Source: Ptychomitrium polyphyllum (Eukaryota). From it: DNA of 64,000 nt. The stretch is taken from positions 8,990,001 through 9,054,000 of the forward strand of contig OZ316776.1 of the NCBI GenBank assembly GCA_973851085.1. The letters are read 5' to 3'. The notes beneath the pieces are model-generated. The model saw only the letters and a program-made list of their open reading frames with translations, made no database searches and was not told the origin of the DNA. The position numbers were made by a program, and so were the translations under genes. Below are positions 25,269 to 38,631 of the stretch, in pieces. Within the stretch, counting starts at the first letter, position 1; every line of letters begins with the position of its first letter.

Positions 25269-26500
25269 GAGGTCGTTTTCTTACAGCTAACCATTCGTTT
25301 GATGCAGTATCTAGAGGATGCTTGAGATTACACGAAGCTGATCATACCTGAGGTTCTGTGTCATCGTCATCAAAGCCATCATGTAGATACTTAGTGAGTT
25401 CAGTAGAAAGGAGCCTCCTGCCCCAATTCTATCTCGATGCAGCTCAGAACACCAGAAGGTGGTTCTAGAGTATCCTTATAGGATGTCCAAAGTAAACTAT
25501 TTGAAAACCAGCATATAATGCACGCGTCATTCAAATTGACAGAGCTGTTAGCCTGTCGTATTTGTATGATTCCAAATATTGAAAACCAATTAAGGTTACC
25601 CTGGTGCTTTTGAGCATGTAGTTCTGCTTATTAATTGCCTTGTATGTCTATGATCTAGACCACTCGTTCTGTAGCAATATTGAAAGATTTGTATGATCTT
25701 TGTTGCACATACAGCAAGAGATTCGTAGTGTACAGCTTGTACTGATGTAGCCCTGCTATCGTCACTTAATTTATTAATTGTTGCTACTTGAAGCGGAGCG
25801 AACATGTGCCTCTCTGCCTCGATCTCGGAAACCCTCACAGCAGTAGGTAGATACAGCTGGGAATGCTTTTTGATCTTTCGGACTGCTTTCTGGTGGTCTG
25901 CATTATATTCCGTTGTTCTGCAACGGTTCAGGGTCACTTGCTGTTTGGGAGATAATTCCACGTCTACAAGCTAGCCAACTCATTCAATGGTGTGATGCTG
26001 AGGCCAAGAATCTTAGTCGTTGACGTGGGACAGCCGATATTCTTTCAGTCTTGGCATCGCCAAGAATTCTCTCCCTCAGCGATTCTTGTCACGATGCATG
26101 AAATCAGAAGAGTCTTGCCCTTAACAAATATTCTTTAAGTGCAGAGAAACCTGACATTCGTAGGCCAAAAATTGCCCCGGTGGATACTTCAGTACAAGAT
26201 CTGTGTTGATGCAAAAAAATTTGAGTGAAATAATTATGGAATGTAGACTGACTACTGGTGGATTATTAAGCTTCCCCTTCATTCTGTACCGATAACCAAA
26301 TTATAAGAGTCACGGAATGCAGACTGATGACATCTTCTCAGCTTTAGACAGATGCCAAGAGTTGGAAACACAGAGTGATACAACCGAGGCTTCAGAGAAC
26401 GCACCTGAAGTAACGCAAAACCTCGGAGGCAGTTGAATTTTCTCAGCTTTCTGTGCCCATCATAGGAAACAAGGGGCATCTTGTACCATAATTTAAGATT

Positions 26501-29075
26501 ATGGATACCAGAAGACTTCAGAACTGCGCTGGAAAGGAAGTGGGTAATATCAACTCGCTGAAGCTAAATTCCGGCTTCGATGATGATAGCGACTGGTCGG
26601 ACAATCTGTCTCGTAACGACAGTGTTTCGACTGTTTCAGTTAAGACTTAGTATTGCACGCAATATAACGGTTTAACAGTTGGGACAAACTTCAATGTACT
26701 GGGAAGGGGGAGTCAACAGGCAACTCGTGCTTTTCTGTACTGGGGTTCAAGAGAGACAGTTTGTTCTCATCAGGGAAAACACCACCATGCATAATGTGTG
26801 CAGGCTGCGGGAGCAAAGGAACTGGAGCAGAATTGGTGCTTATCCGAAGCCCAAGCAACGGATATGGGAATAGTGTCGCCACTGATAAGGTCCATATTCG
26901 AGAATCGGAAGAAGATGATTCTCGATGCAAGCCAGAAGCCGGCATTGCGAAAAGAACACGCTGGAATAGGCGCGGTACCATTGCCCAGCAAGCACGTTCC
27001 TCAGAGAGGACCGAATTCAGAAGAGTACGAGAAGATGTTGAATAAGAAGGTCCAAGCCTTGGATGAGGAAGTTGCGATTTTCAAGAAAGAAAGCAAGAGA
27101 CTCAAGAGCCTTTCCAAGGCTTGTAAATTGTGTACCTTATGAATTTGTCAAGTTTTATCCCTTTTGCATAAGTACAGCCTCCGAATTGGGCCAGAGGCTC
27201 TAAAAGCTTAATTGATGGATTGATGAAACGTCACACAAAGTTACTGTATATTTGCAAAACTAAGATGATGAGTATTCTACCGGCATCAAGTACAGTAACA
27301 TCAGCACATAATGAAACAAAAATTTCTTATAAAGCTGGGAGTTGAATCAATTTCTTAACACCGTGACCTAAACCTGATCTGAGCAACTCCAGAGGCGGAA
27401 AGAGCCATAGAGACTGATGAGCTCCATAGCTTCTATAGGCATTAATATTTGTCAGCTTTTTTGGTCACAGGAGCACGCAGAGGGCATAACAAAGCTAGCA
27501 CGGGAGAAAGCCGAATGGGAGGAACAGAAGAAGTGTCAGATGCAGGCATTACAAGCGCAGCAAGAGGAGCAAGTAGGGCTTTGAATTTTACTTGGTGCTC
27601 TGTGTTGCACATCCTCTCAATCTTGGACTGATGATTAATTACAGAAGTGTCTTTGCCTGTATATCTGCGGTGCAGTTGGCAGAGTAGGACGTATCCTTCG
27701 TTTGCTCCCTTGTATTCAAATGCTTAACACTGCTCGCATTAATCTCAGTTACGATGGTCCTGTTATCATTCAGCATTTCTGCCACTCTTCTGTCATCTCA
27801 ATACAATCAGCATACTAAGGTGTGTCTCGTCTCGTCACCCAGATAGAGAAAGTGAAGAAGGAGAAGCAAGTACTGGATCATAGGTCTGCAGCCTTGAACG
27901 GATTGCCTGCAGCACAACGGAAGGAAGTAGAGGAGTTGAAGGAGACTTTAGCTAAGCAGCAAGAGGAGCACCGGGGAAAAGAGTTGCGCTTGCGTCTGAC
28001 GGTGAGTTCCCGTTCATTGCTCGCAACCGATTGATCTGCGAGATATATATGTATACATCTCTCGATGATGAGGTTGTCTTTTCCAAGCTATACACAGTGC
28101 AGGGGTCAAAAGAATACTGATGTCCTTTACCATTAATGCTTTTTCTTGCCATATTCACTACGACCTCACTAACCTAACTTATCTCGCAGATCAATCGGTT
28201 GCGAGCAATGAACGAGGATTTGACGAGGCAGGTGTTGGAGATGCAAGACGAGGTAGCTGCCTTCCTCCTTGGCTCCTGCATGTTGTATCCTCCAATGGCC
28301 CCTCAAGTGTAACTCCTCTATCACTCTTGATGTTCTTAAAACTCGTCTCAAACAAAGCAATTCATACCATCAATGTTAATCGAATAACAAAGGGTGAAGT
28401 TTGGCTATTAACCTAACATGAGTTTCTAACATGAGTTTCTAACAAGAGTTATATTTTTGATACGTTACAAACTCCATATCACTCAACCAAAGTTGAAAAT
28501 GCTTGGAGATCCAAGGTGCTTTCAAAGCAAATGCTTAGACACTGGAGTTATGGCAGGCAATCAATCCTCATACTACATTGTGAGAAAACCTTTCACTTGT
28601 GACAGTAGGCTGGCAGAGCCCGCCCAAGAAACTGACAAAATAGCCTTTCCTGTTGCAGATCCGACGGTACGAGACCTGCTTGCTTTCTGCTTTGGACGGT
28701 CGAGAAAATGGCTCCAAACTGAGACATTCCCGTGATTCAGCCAATCACATACACTCATGCAGTACGACTCCACCAAAACAATCAAACCCAGATATATCCT
28801 TCAGAGGAAGAAGCATGAGATTAAGCAAGCAATGCTCTATGGTAGAATCAAATTGTGAGATGCCAATCTTCACCCAGAGTACCGTAACTGATGCAGGGGA
28901 GCCACACTGCCGCAGTGATTCAATTTCCACTCCCAGGTATTTATCGGAACAAGCGAAGAGTCTCTCCGACCTCTTCAGTCGTCCTTGGATGGTTGCCGAT
29001 TGTGCTGCCAAATTGAAGGAAGATACCGTTATGAGCAGGCATCTCATGGGCCCAAAACTTGCAGACTGGAGATGA
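26501..29075 (+). CDS. SAS-4/CENPJ(CPAP)-like centriolar coiled-coil protein; 5' and 3' limits uncertain
   Basis: Spliced exons give LNKKVQALDEEVAIFKKESKRLKSLSK/EHAEGITKLAREKAEWEEQK...EEQ/IEKVKKEKQVLDHRSAALNGLPAAQRKEVEELKETLAKQQEEHRGKELRLRLT/INRLRAMNEDLTRQVLEMQDE/IRRYE. By eye this aligns to the conserved CENPJ coiled coil (LREKIIELETEIEKFKAEN...KLQKERKVFEK...PDKKEREEIQTLK). Confidence 0.7.
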
Positions 29076-30477
29076 CGCATGCCACAACAGTCCACTTTTC
29101 CGAAGATACGCAGGTGATACTGTTGTAATGCTCAGAACTTCCTGTTGTGGTACTCAGATGGTACTTCTGTAAGGACACCCAGGTTATATGCAGGCCTGTA
29201 ACTGGAAAGATGGAGTAAGATTTATGTGATGCAAGCTTGTCAATTGAACCTGTTGATTGCAGCTCAATATTATGTACTATTCATGGAAATTGCAGATACT
29301 GTGACATACATACTGTGTGGATCCTGTCAACATAGTCTGTGTGACGAATTTGAGATCAAATCAGATGTGCTTTGAGAAGATTTATGGAAGATTTATTCAT
29401 CTTTACTGCAGAAGGTTGCACTAGTCCTTATTGGCGCAGTTTGCGTTCTAAAGTTCAACCTGTTTCAACACAATGCACAGCACGTTCTAAGGCGATTTAT
29501 ATCTCCAAGGCTGTCTGATTTAGTGTATCAAATTATTACCTGTTCAAGGTTTCTGTCTTTCGAATAAGGTATTGATCATACATGGGTACTTTCATTAGTA
29601 CTTGGAACATCACCCTTCTGAAAATCATGTACAAAGAACTAAGCGCATTCATTGTACTAGTGCAGATGCTTGCAATGATGACAGACTTCCATTCCAACAT
29701 TAATTTTGAGTTTGTTTGCTGTCACCCAATATCATCATGGTTCACTTAATAATGCGGAATAAAGAAGCTCTTGGTGGGAATATTGGGGCTCTCTTTGACA
29801 CTTTCAGGGGTGATGTGTAAGGCTACTAGTTTTCTTTCAATTATTTTCCCCATAATTTGAAGGAAAGGCCTACTGTTTAGGAGTAATTAAATTTTCTATA
29901 TACACTTCCAAAATCCACGCAGGCCCAAGAACCTTCAAATTATAATATCGGTATAGATGCTTGAATGCAACAAATTTCAAAGGTCAACAAAAGTTATCAT
30001 TGAAACTTCGCATAAATATATCGAATATGGTCTCCGCAAACAACAGTAGTCCTGGAAGATGTACTTGTAAATACTGAATTCTGGGAAGCGATTACAAGCA
30101 TGAAGTACTACTTACGAAACTTTTTACACAATAAGCCATGCTGCGGTATCGAAGGCACAGTAAGTGTCAAGCAGATCGAAGACGCAAAACTCAAACAAGC
30201 AAATTGAAATATGATGCACGTGAACACTGTACAGTTAAACAGCAATTGATTTTACATCGTCTTTCCTGACCTTCCAGGAGAGCCGCTATGGCTAGTCTGC
30301 ACCTTCTACATAATCCAGGTCAAAACTTTGAACGTTGTACATTCTACCGCGGGGTACGTTCGTGAAAGACAACGCAAGTAGAGAAATAGGTGCACAATGC
30401 AGGTAACCAATTGCGCAGCAAATGCCAATCCTAAATACAGTAAATGGGAGTTCAGGACGCGAAATACGAAGTACAGA

Positions 30478-33400
30478 CTAGTCAAGAACAAGTTCTTTGA
30501 ATTTTTGCAGCGCCTTACACGACGCCGAGAAATCCTCCTCACTGAGAGCAAACATGAAGCGGCAGTAGTTGGGAATTCCAGTCCAGGAACTGCTGCTGAT
30601 GGAAAGGCCTGTGACTTTGAGAATCGCATCCCGAATATTCTCACTGCTCAGTGACATGTTGCTATAACTGCCTCCTTTTACACATTTTCCTTCATAAGAC
30701 GATGGGCTTGCCACCATGGATATACCTCCGAAAGGCTCCACAACGTCCCAACCGCATTCTTTCAGAAGCTGCAAGCGCAATTTTAAGGGTTAATACCCAG
30801 CTTAGTTAGCCTAACCATGGTTCAAGAATTGATACAAGTTCAAGGAATAGGTAACGGACGCAATTTTTAACTTCAAATCAGGAGTCACAGACGTCAGGAG
30901 ACCGAGACGTTTATAGACTCCTCGAGCTCAAGTCTCAGCAAGGTCCGCTACTTCAGCGAGAATGTGTTTCAGCCACTGAAGTTCTCTACATATCAATAGC
31001 CGTACGTAGTTTTCACCAAACAGGATAAGCAACTTGAGTTACCTTGGAAAGACCTTGTGCTCGACGTCTCAGGGTCTTCTTTTGATCCTCCAAACCAGTA
31101 ATTAAAACTTCCGTTTTCTGGCTCAGCTGTCCAAGCAGCTTCTTGATCGTATACTTCAGAGTTCCATGCGGCCGACTCATGGTGGGTGCATCCTTGAAGG
31201 CTTCTATGAACACGGGGTCTGCAACAGCTGCAAACCCAAACTCGAGTCCCCCTGTCATCAAACCAATCGAGAAGCTTCCCAAGATTGCAATTGCAGACGA
31301 GCCTGACTTCTCTTCGGATCCAGTCCCGATTTCCTTAAGATCCCATTTCGATGATTCGTTGTATTCTAGCCCAGAATATGATAAGTCGAGTATCACTCGT
31401 GCATCGTGGCTCTTGCATACGGCAAGAATCTCGACAATCTCCGTGTTGGAGAAAATTTGTCCCGTCGGGTTGATTGTGGGGCCTGGAATGTAAACCCAGG
31501 GCTTCTTGATGTCTTTCAAGAAGGCATCTAATTGAACCGCAGTAGCTTTAAAGGAATTTGATGCCTCAGTAGGCAACGTCTTGAAGTTCGCCTCGAGAAA
31601 CTTGGCAACCGAGACGCAAGTTCCACAAGCACCCATTGGGAAAACGAGGGTTCCATTTTCCTCAACACACGCCAGGACTAGCTTTGTGAATAGGGATGTA
31701 GACGTGTCACTTAAGAAAAGCTCTTTCGTGTGTGATTGAGAAAGGCCGTATCTGCTCTGCAAGTAATCGAGTATTTCCGGCCTTGGGTCCATCTCGTCCT
31801 CGGAAATGTTCTGTCGTGCGAAGCCTTCAAAGACGGATACTTTGACTGCTGCAGGGACTTGGAGAAGGTTCTCGTCGAAATCCATGCAGATTGTTGGAGG
31901 TTGTTGATCCAGATTGACATTCTCTACTCCACTAAGTGCTTCAGCAGTGCTTGGCGACAAACTGATAAACTTTGATGGCTCCTCCTTCCTAGATAATCTC
32001 TGCAAAATCGCCGTAATAGAAGGAAAGGTTTTGAATATTGTAAGAATTAAGCTGAGTAAGTTATAATCTGAAACAGCAAACAAAGCCAACTGAAAAAAAG
32101 AAGATTTTATCCTTCGATTTGCGCGCTCCATACCTGCTCATTGGTGTGGCGTTCAGGAAGCTGAAAACTTAGAAGCTCGTGGAAGAGGCAACCATAATAG
32201 AATTGACTTGAGATGGCAGTACGCCCATACGTAACATCCCCAGCCTTCGCAAGCGTATTTAATAGCGTCTGATTCTCCGAGATGATAAAAGCAACCTCGA
32301 GGTCCGAATAAACCTACAGAACGTCCAGGCATCAAAATATATGAGATTTTAAAGCACAATACGAGTGCAGCCTACTCAGAATACGACGCATTCAAATTCT
32401 TTGTGGTCCAGTGCAAGCAAATAAATCCATCAGGATAATTCTTGATTTGAGGACCAGTTCAATTATACAAACATACTCGAGGTTCTAACGTTCTCACTGG
32501 CTGAGGGAGATGATGAAAGGTTTAGGATCCCTCTAAATTTTCAACTCAAACAAACTTTTGATACCTAATAAGTATTGAATTACAAGCCCTAATTAACTCA
32601 ATAGGTCCTAGGGATGACTACTGAATTACCATGTTGGAAGAAGGTTAGCAGCCAATCTATATCCTCCAACAGGTTGTATTAACTATAAAGTCAAACAAGA
32701 TGTATTTACTGCGAAAATAGCAATAAGTAAGCGACAAGAAGGCCAAATGGATGGTTTTAGGTACCTGGTTTTTGACTAGTCCACAGATAACAGTAGCATG
32801 CATAGGCATTGGATGGGTTGCCAAATACTGCAGAACTCCGTTCGTCCTTGGTAAACTTGAAAGCTCCAGGTATTCCGAAATATCCAAAATTAGACGTGCT
32901 CCAATACTGGCCGTTGCATCCAGAAGTAGTTCAAATGAAGTGGATGTTCGCATCTCATAATCTGCAAGGCTAGTAACGACGACCTGAGGCTTCAGGTTCT
33001 TCAACAATCGCACCACTAAATCGGAGCGACAAGGAGCTTCCACTACGGTCACAGTGTTGTTGGATTGAGAAATGGCTCCTCCAGTTGAACCCTGCACAGT
33101 CCAAATTGTTGAAAACAATCATATGCAACTATTCATGACATTGTTGTACAGTCTGTGGACGAACACAAGCAGAGCAGAATTTGCCAATCGTTTCGAAGAA
33201 ACACCCAGAACAGTCAAAATAAGCTCTATCTAATGTCCGTACAAAGTTGTGTACCTTGAACAAAAGCCATCAAGATTTTGATCTTGAAAGGAGGACTTAC
33301 ACGCTGCACCCACGACAGTATCGATACCATAACACTATCTCCCGTGTACAATAAGGATAGCCTAACATGGACTTGGAATGTATGATTTGGCTCCCTCGAG

Positions 33401-36400
33401 CCTTTTGTGACACAAATAGTTAACAATCATATGAGCGAAGAGGTAATGTTTAAGATACAAAGAGTTGCTAAAGATCAGAGTAAGAACCTCGGCAGGTAGC
33501 GCAGTGAGCCATTTCTTTGGCAGCCATCTTGTAAGACCAGCGTCTACCAGTGCTAATTGAGGCGAGTATATACGAAGGATATTTTCAATCGCTACAGCTC
33601 TTGAGGGCAGGACCACCACACTCTGTAATATAAACCAAGTTTGGTGATTGATGATGAAATGTCACTCCACGATTAGATGGATACCACTAGCCAGCATAAT
33701 CACCTACGATTCTTGAAAAGTAGTTGCATAACTCAAGCAAACTGTCATCAACTAATGCGGACAGGCACTGTGAAGTACATCTCAACAGAAATAGGCGACG
33801 TTAATCTCTCCACTGACAAGTAGGAAATTGCAGGCCAGCTGCTCATAACCACTACAATTTACTAGTTTTGTCTTTTAAAATTCAACATTGTAAATACATC
33901 TCATACTAGATCGCTATAATGTTCACTTACGGAAGGAGTGAGTGGGATTTGATGATAAATCCTCATAAACCCCGCAATAAGGTTTCGGAATCGAGAACTT
34001 CCAGCCGGGGATTCATGCGGGAAGTAAGAAAGATCTTCTAGTGCAAGAGCAAGATGCGCCAGAAAAGGTATTTTTTCTTCGGCCTCTGATTCATTGCTAA
34101 ATGAGAGATCCAACGCTCCTCGAGTCTCTTGAAACCCATTGCTCAAAAACTTTGAGATTGTCTTGACCTGTACCATGCAGACAGCTCTCAAATGACTCAG
34201 AGAAAAGTTGAAAGGAACTGTAGAATTTAGTTTTTGACACTAAACAACAACGTCTAAAATCAACAGCTGCATAAGAAAATAAAAGGAAATATGAATTTCC
34301 AGCACCATGATCGGATACACAAAATGCATTAATAAGAATTCAGAAGAGTGTGGTAACCTGATTTGGCATCCTTAGTGTGCACTCATAAACTGAAAGCCCA
34401 TGGGAGATCTCGCCTCCTGACTTCAAAAAGGCCCATGCTGTCCTTGCACTTATAGGATCTTCATTTACACGTCCCATAAAAAACTCAAACCGATGTCGTG
34501 TGTTTTTCTCAATTTCCACCAGTGCTAAAATATCAGTGTCCGGTGCCTAAGGACAGGGAAACAAAAGTGGAGTTACCTCAAATACAGAAGTCCACTGGAT
34601 GTACATACCCAAGTAATTATCCTTTCCACTAAAAGCAGGGCAAACCTATCTACTTCAGTTTATTGTTTGGGATACAGTTTCTCAATTCTGTAAAGCTCTT
34701 CTTAGAAAGTACAGAGAGTAAAATCAACTGACCATTTTTTCTTCCTTTGTGTCAAGTATATCAAATTCAAGCCTCAGAAGTCGAAAAGCTATAAGAGTAA
34801 AGAGGACCATACGGAGATATAATGCAAGAACATGTACGAGACTATCAACCTGGTTCACTCTCGTTTGCCACAATTTGTTGATATGAAATCCACGTCTGCC
34901 AAATAATCGCTCAGTCACGGCTTGGCCAGGTCGACCTCCAATGTTAAATATGAGCCTACCAGTGGGCCTGATGATCGAAATACCCTCTTCCGCAGCTCTT
35001 GCAATCAAACCTAGCCCAAACTGATCCTCAACAAATCCCTGCAAACAAAAACTCACATGAGTCGATGTCTCCGCAGCAAAGAGCCAGAGTATTACTAACC
35101 AACATGAATAACTCATCATGTCCCAAGGGCTTAACAGTGGCTTGTGTAGGCATACCTGAAGACCACAGTAGTTGCTGAGAGAATACAGGAACTCTTCGCT
35201 AGCACTCTCACTGACGAGCTTGGACATAGCAGTTGGATCAGGATTCAGGATCTACACACAAAACCAGAACCACTCAGGTACTGTAGTTGCCATTAACAGA
35301 ATTGCATGGAAATTATAGGTCAAAGCGAAAACAATGATATTCAAGAAAGCCTCCGACTAGCAACGCTTGAAATCCTCAGCTTTAACAAATATACCTGTGG
35401 TATACAACCAACGATAAGGTCCATTGTCAACTTCTGCTCCCTGCAATAGGCGAGCAGGTCTGAAACATGAAATTCCACTCTATCAAGCAAAGTCTTGCCC
35501 TCATGATCAAGAACAGGCAAGCCATCATCGCTTAGTGCATTCAAGTACAGGTTGACCCACGCCACCTTGATTGCCCTCGGATTAATATCAAGCCCAATGA
35601 CCTGAAATTGTTCCCACAACCACCCGTCTTAATAATTTACCTGATCTAAAGTATGCATTAGAAAGCTGTCCAAGACCTTGACTATTACCTGAATAACATA
35701 CTCAACAGACTCTGTAAGTCAACCACAGGGTTATTCAGAAACGATTTAGATTTGAATCAGAAAAATCAGAAGCACAAGTATAGTTTGAGCAGCTCATGCA
35801 ACAGCCACAAAGATTTTCAAGACTACAAAGCTTACTTTTCGTGGCTGCCATCGCTCCGCCATTGCAATCGACACCCACCCGTTGCCACAACCTAGCTCGG
35901 TCACATCCCGATTTCTAAATCCTGTGTCGGGATGCCTGCTGATGCCTTCAAAGAAAGTGAACGACCAATCCTCGGGAACGAAAATGCTTGGTAATTCCAG
36001 CAACGTCAGGCTTTGCCTGTTCTCTCTAAAACCTAAACATTAAAATGTCAACCACCAGAGAACCAAAGGCCAATTCAAGAATACGCCGGGTTGACTGTAA
36101 ACATAAACTCATTAATTTTCAAGCATTAAGGGCTTGTAATAAAATTCGAGAAAGTTTGTTGACATGATCCAAAGACGAATTGTACGGAACGGACAATAGA
36201 CCATACCTTCGTAATCCGTAAGGGAGAGTTGATGGAGTCGAAAATGGTAGGTAGCCATGCTCTTCATTCCAGGCTCTTCTTTCTCCACATACTTCTGCAC
36301 AGCAGCAAGAAGCTTCCTGGCGTCGGCACGAGTGTCCTCGTTGTGCAACCTCTCTAACAAACCTTTGATCACATTGTAAGCATTGTCCCCTGACACCTTA

Positions 36401-36453
36401 CATTGCTCCAGAAAATCCTTAACCTCAGCTCCGCTCGTTGTCGCCATCCCCAT
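30478..36453 (-). CDS. MMT1: Methionine S-methyltransferase (S-methylmethionine synthesis), multi-exon; 5' UTR intron approx. 36541-36973
   Basis: LPSIFVPEDWSFTFFEG, SAM-binding ELGCGNGWVSIA, GLDINPRAIKVAWVNLYLNAL, GFVEDQFGLGLIARA, and a C-terminal aminotransferase-like domain (GPTINPTG, SSWTGIPNYCRF). Confidence 0.96.
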
Positions 36454-38631
36454 CAAATACCCGTCTCGTTCCTTCCCTTCACTCTGACTCACAAAAGATT
36501 CTTCAAGAAAATCTTAATCTCCGCTCCGATTGATTGATCCCTGCAAACCACCAAACTTCCGATCAACCTTATCACACCTCCTTCCGCAAATCGCACATTC
36601 TACAAAAAGACACCACACGCCCCGAATCAGCAAAAGCACATCCTTCCAACACAAGACAACACGAGAGCTCCTAAACAGAAGACATGGCCATATCCAACGC
36701 AGCACTGCAAACAAATGTCTCCAATTACCGAAACGTACCTCATAACTCAACAAAGACGCCAAGATCTCATACCCAAGAAAGAACGCACATCTCTCCTCTT
36801 ACCAACCGCTAAACCAAACTGTCCCCTCCAGAACTTTCTTCACCATATCACAATCAGATAACCTCTGAAACGCCCTAAAACGCTACTTACAATATCCAGA
36901 GTCCCGAACTCACAAGCTCAATTGTCCACAAACACACAACCCACAAAACTAAAGGAAACCTTAAGTACCTTACCAGGCCGAAGACCAGAAGACAATTGTG
37001 CACCCAATTCAGAAACGGAGCTCGGTCGCGAAGGATCGACGACACGCGGATCCACGCAGCATACTAAAATAAGAAATGCGAGGATTGCTCCTGGTTCCTG
37101 ACTACGCAGAGGTTAGGAGCACATGTCTAGGATCTGCTCGTTTAATGAGAAAGGCAATGGTGCGTGAGCCACGGCGTGAGTACTATCTACAGTGGGGGAA
37201 CAATATCATCGCAGTTATTGCTCCATGTCAGATCTGACCATTCCTGCACCACAGCAGATGCAGCACATAACTCTTGTCTGCAGCTTAGGACGAAGCCAGG
37301 TTCCAGGCATGGATTGGTGAAGGAAGTCAATTACTTGCAGCTCTGAGGTCACGCTCGACAACCATCGTCTTTCTGCGTTGTTGCGTTTCCCCAAGTACAG
37401 GAAACCTAGACTTGGATCCCCTCTTGTTTTACCTCTAGGCTCTTCAAAGATTTCATCACCGTATGAAAACCCAAGGCCGTCACTCTACACAAAACCAAAC
37501 TCATATGCCGGAAGCATGCGATTCGCTTCAAAGCTAATGTGATTTGTTGCTAATGTTGAAATCGTCTACAAAGGAATTGTCGCTAACTATGGAACCAAGA
37601 TATGTACAAGTTTTGTAAGTTACAAAACTGAAATAGATTAACCATTTAGATGGTGCTGATTTTAGGCACATTGACGGTTTTGGGTATAAGTTACTTGCGG
37701 TAAACAATCAATTGACCTCCATGATGAACTTCCGAGTGCCCACGGTGCCACACGATTCGCAATCACCAAGAAAGCTGCGCGTCGCACGTGCCAGGTTGCA
37801 TATGCTGAGGATGGGTTATGCGGCTTGAAGCGCACTGCTCATGCGTCCAAAAACAAGCCGAGAAGAAATTCTTTACGCATTCTATATGAACAATCATGTT
37901 CCTGTTTCACAGATCCCGATTAGCCACGTTTTCTGACCACATCGTTGGGTGCTTCCAAATTCTGTTGGTAGCTCGCAGTAGCGAGGTTCTGCGTTGGGAA
38001 TTGTGGAGGAGAATTTGAGTTCTGTGCGATTGTACTCGTCAAGGTATGGTCAATACAGCAACGAGTTTTGTCCATTTCTCGCGAGCTGGTGTCCTTTACT
38101 TCTGTTATCCTTCTGTATGAAATACGTTACTGACAAATACCGACTATCAAATAAAGCATGAGCAAAGTAATGTTCATAACAACGTTGCGACACAAGAAGA
38201 TGCCTGAAAGAAGGTCGTTGAGTCGCTTTACTTAGGATTTTGAGAACTTCAGCTTGATAAAGCATATTGTTTCGATGTAAACTAATGCCTCATTGACCGC
38301 AAAAACTTGTAAGCAATGCGCACGATATGGCAGTTGATTAGGAGACGCTAATTAACAATTAAAAGCTGTTTCTGAACAGGAGACAAAGATTTAGTTAGCA
38401 GAAAATGCTGGTCAGGCTCCCATGGGCGATTCGACACAATTTGACACGGACTAGTAGCCAGTAGCCAGCCATTCCTGCTCAATTCAGTTAAACTTACCCA
38501 TCACTGAGTTGAGGTAGCCATGGAGCATCTTAAGATGCTTAGGACTCTTACATTGAAAAATCGAAAGTAGGCTGACCTGATTTGCAGAGATATTAACTTG
38601 ATATTCCCTTGAAACTTCGTAATCTTCTCTC

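Noticed and set aside
26639..26803. Two in-frame stops in the SAS-4-like 5' region suggesting a pseudogene
   Set aside because: Both lie within a plausible phase-0 GT-AG intron (26639-26803).
37145..38050. Splice-site-like signals suggesting a transcript divergent from MMT1
   Set aside because: No coherent reading frame could be assembled; it cannot be supported without RNA data.
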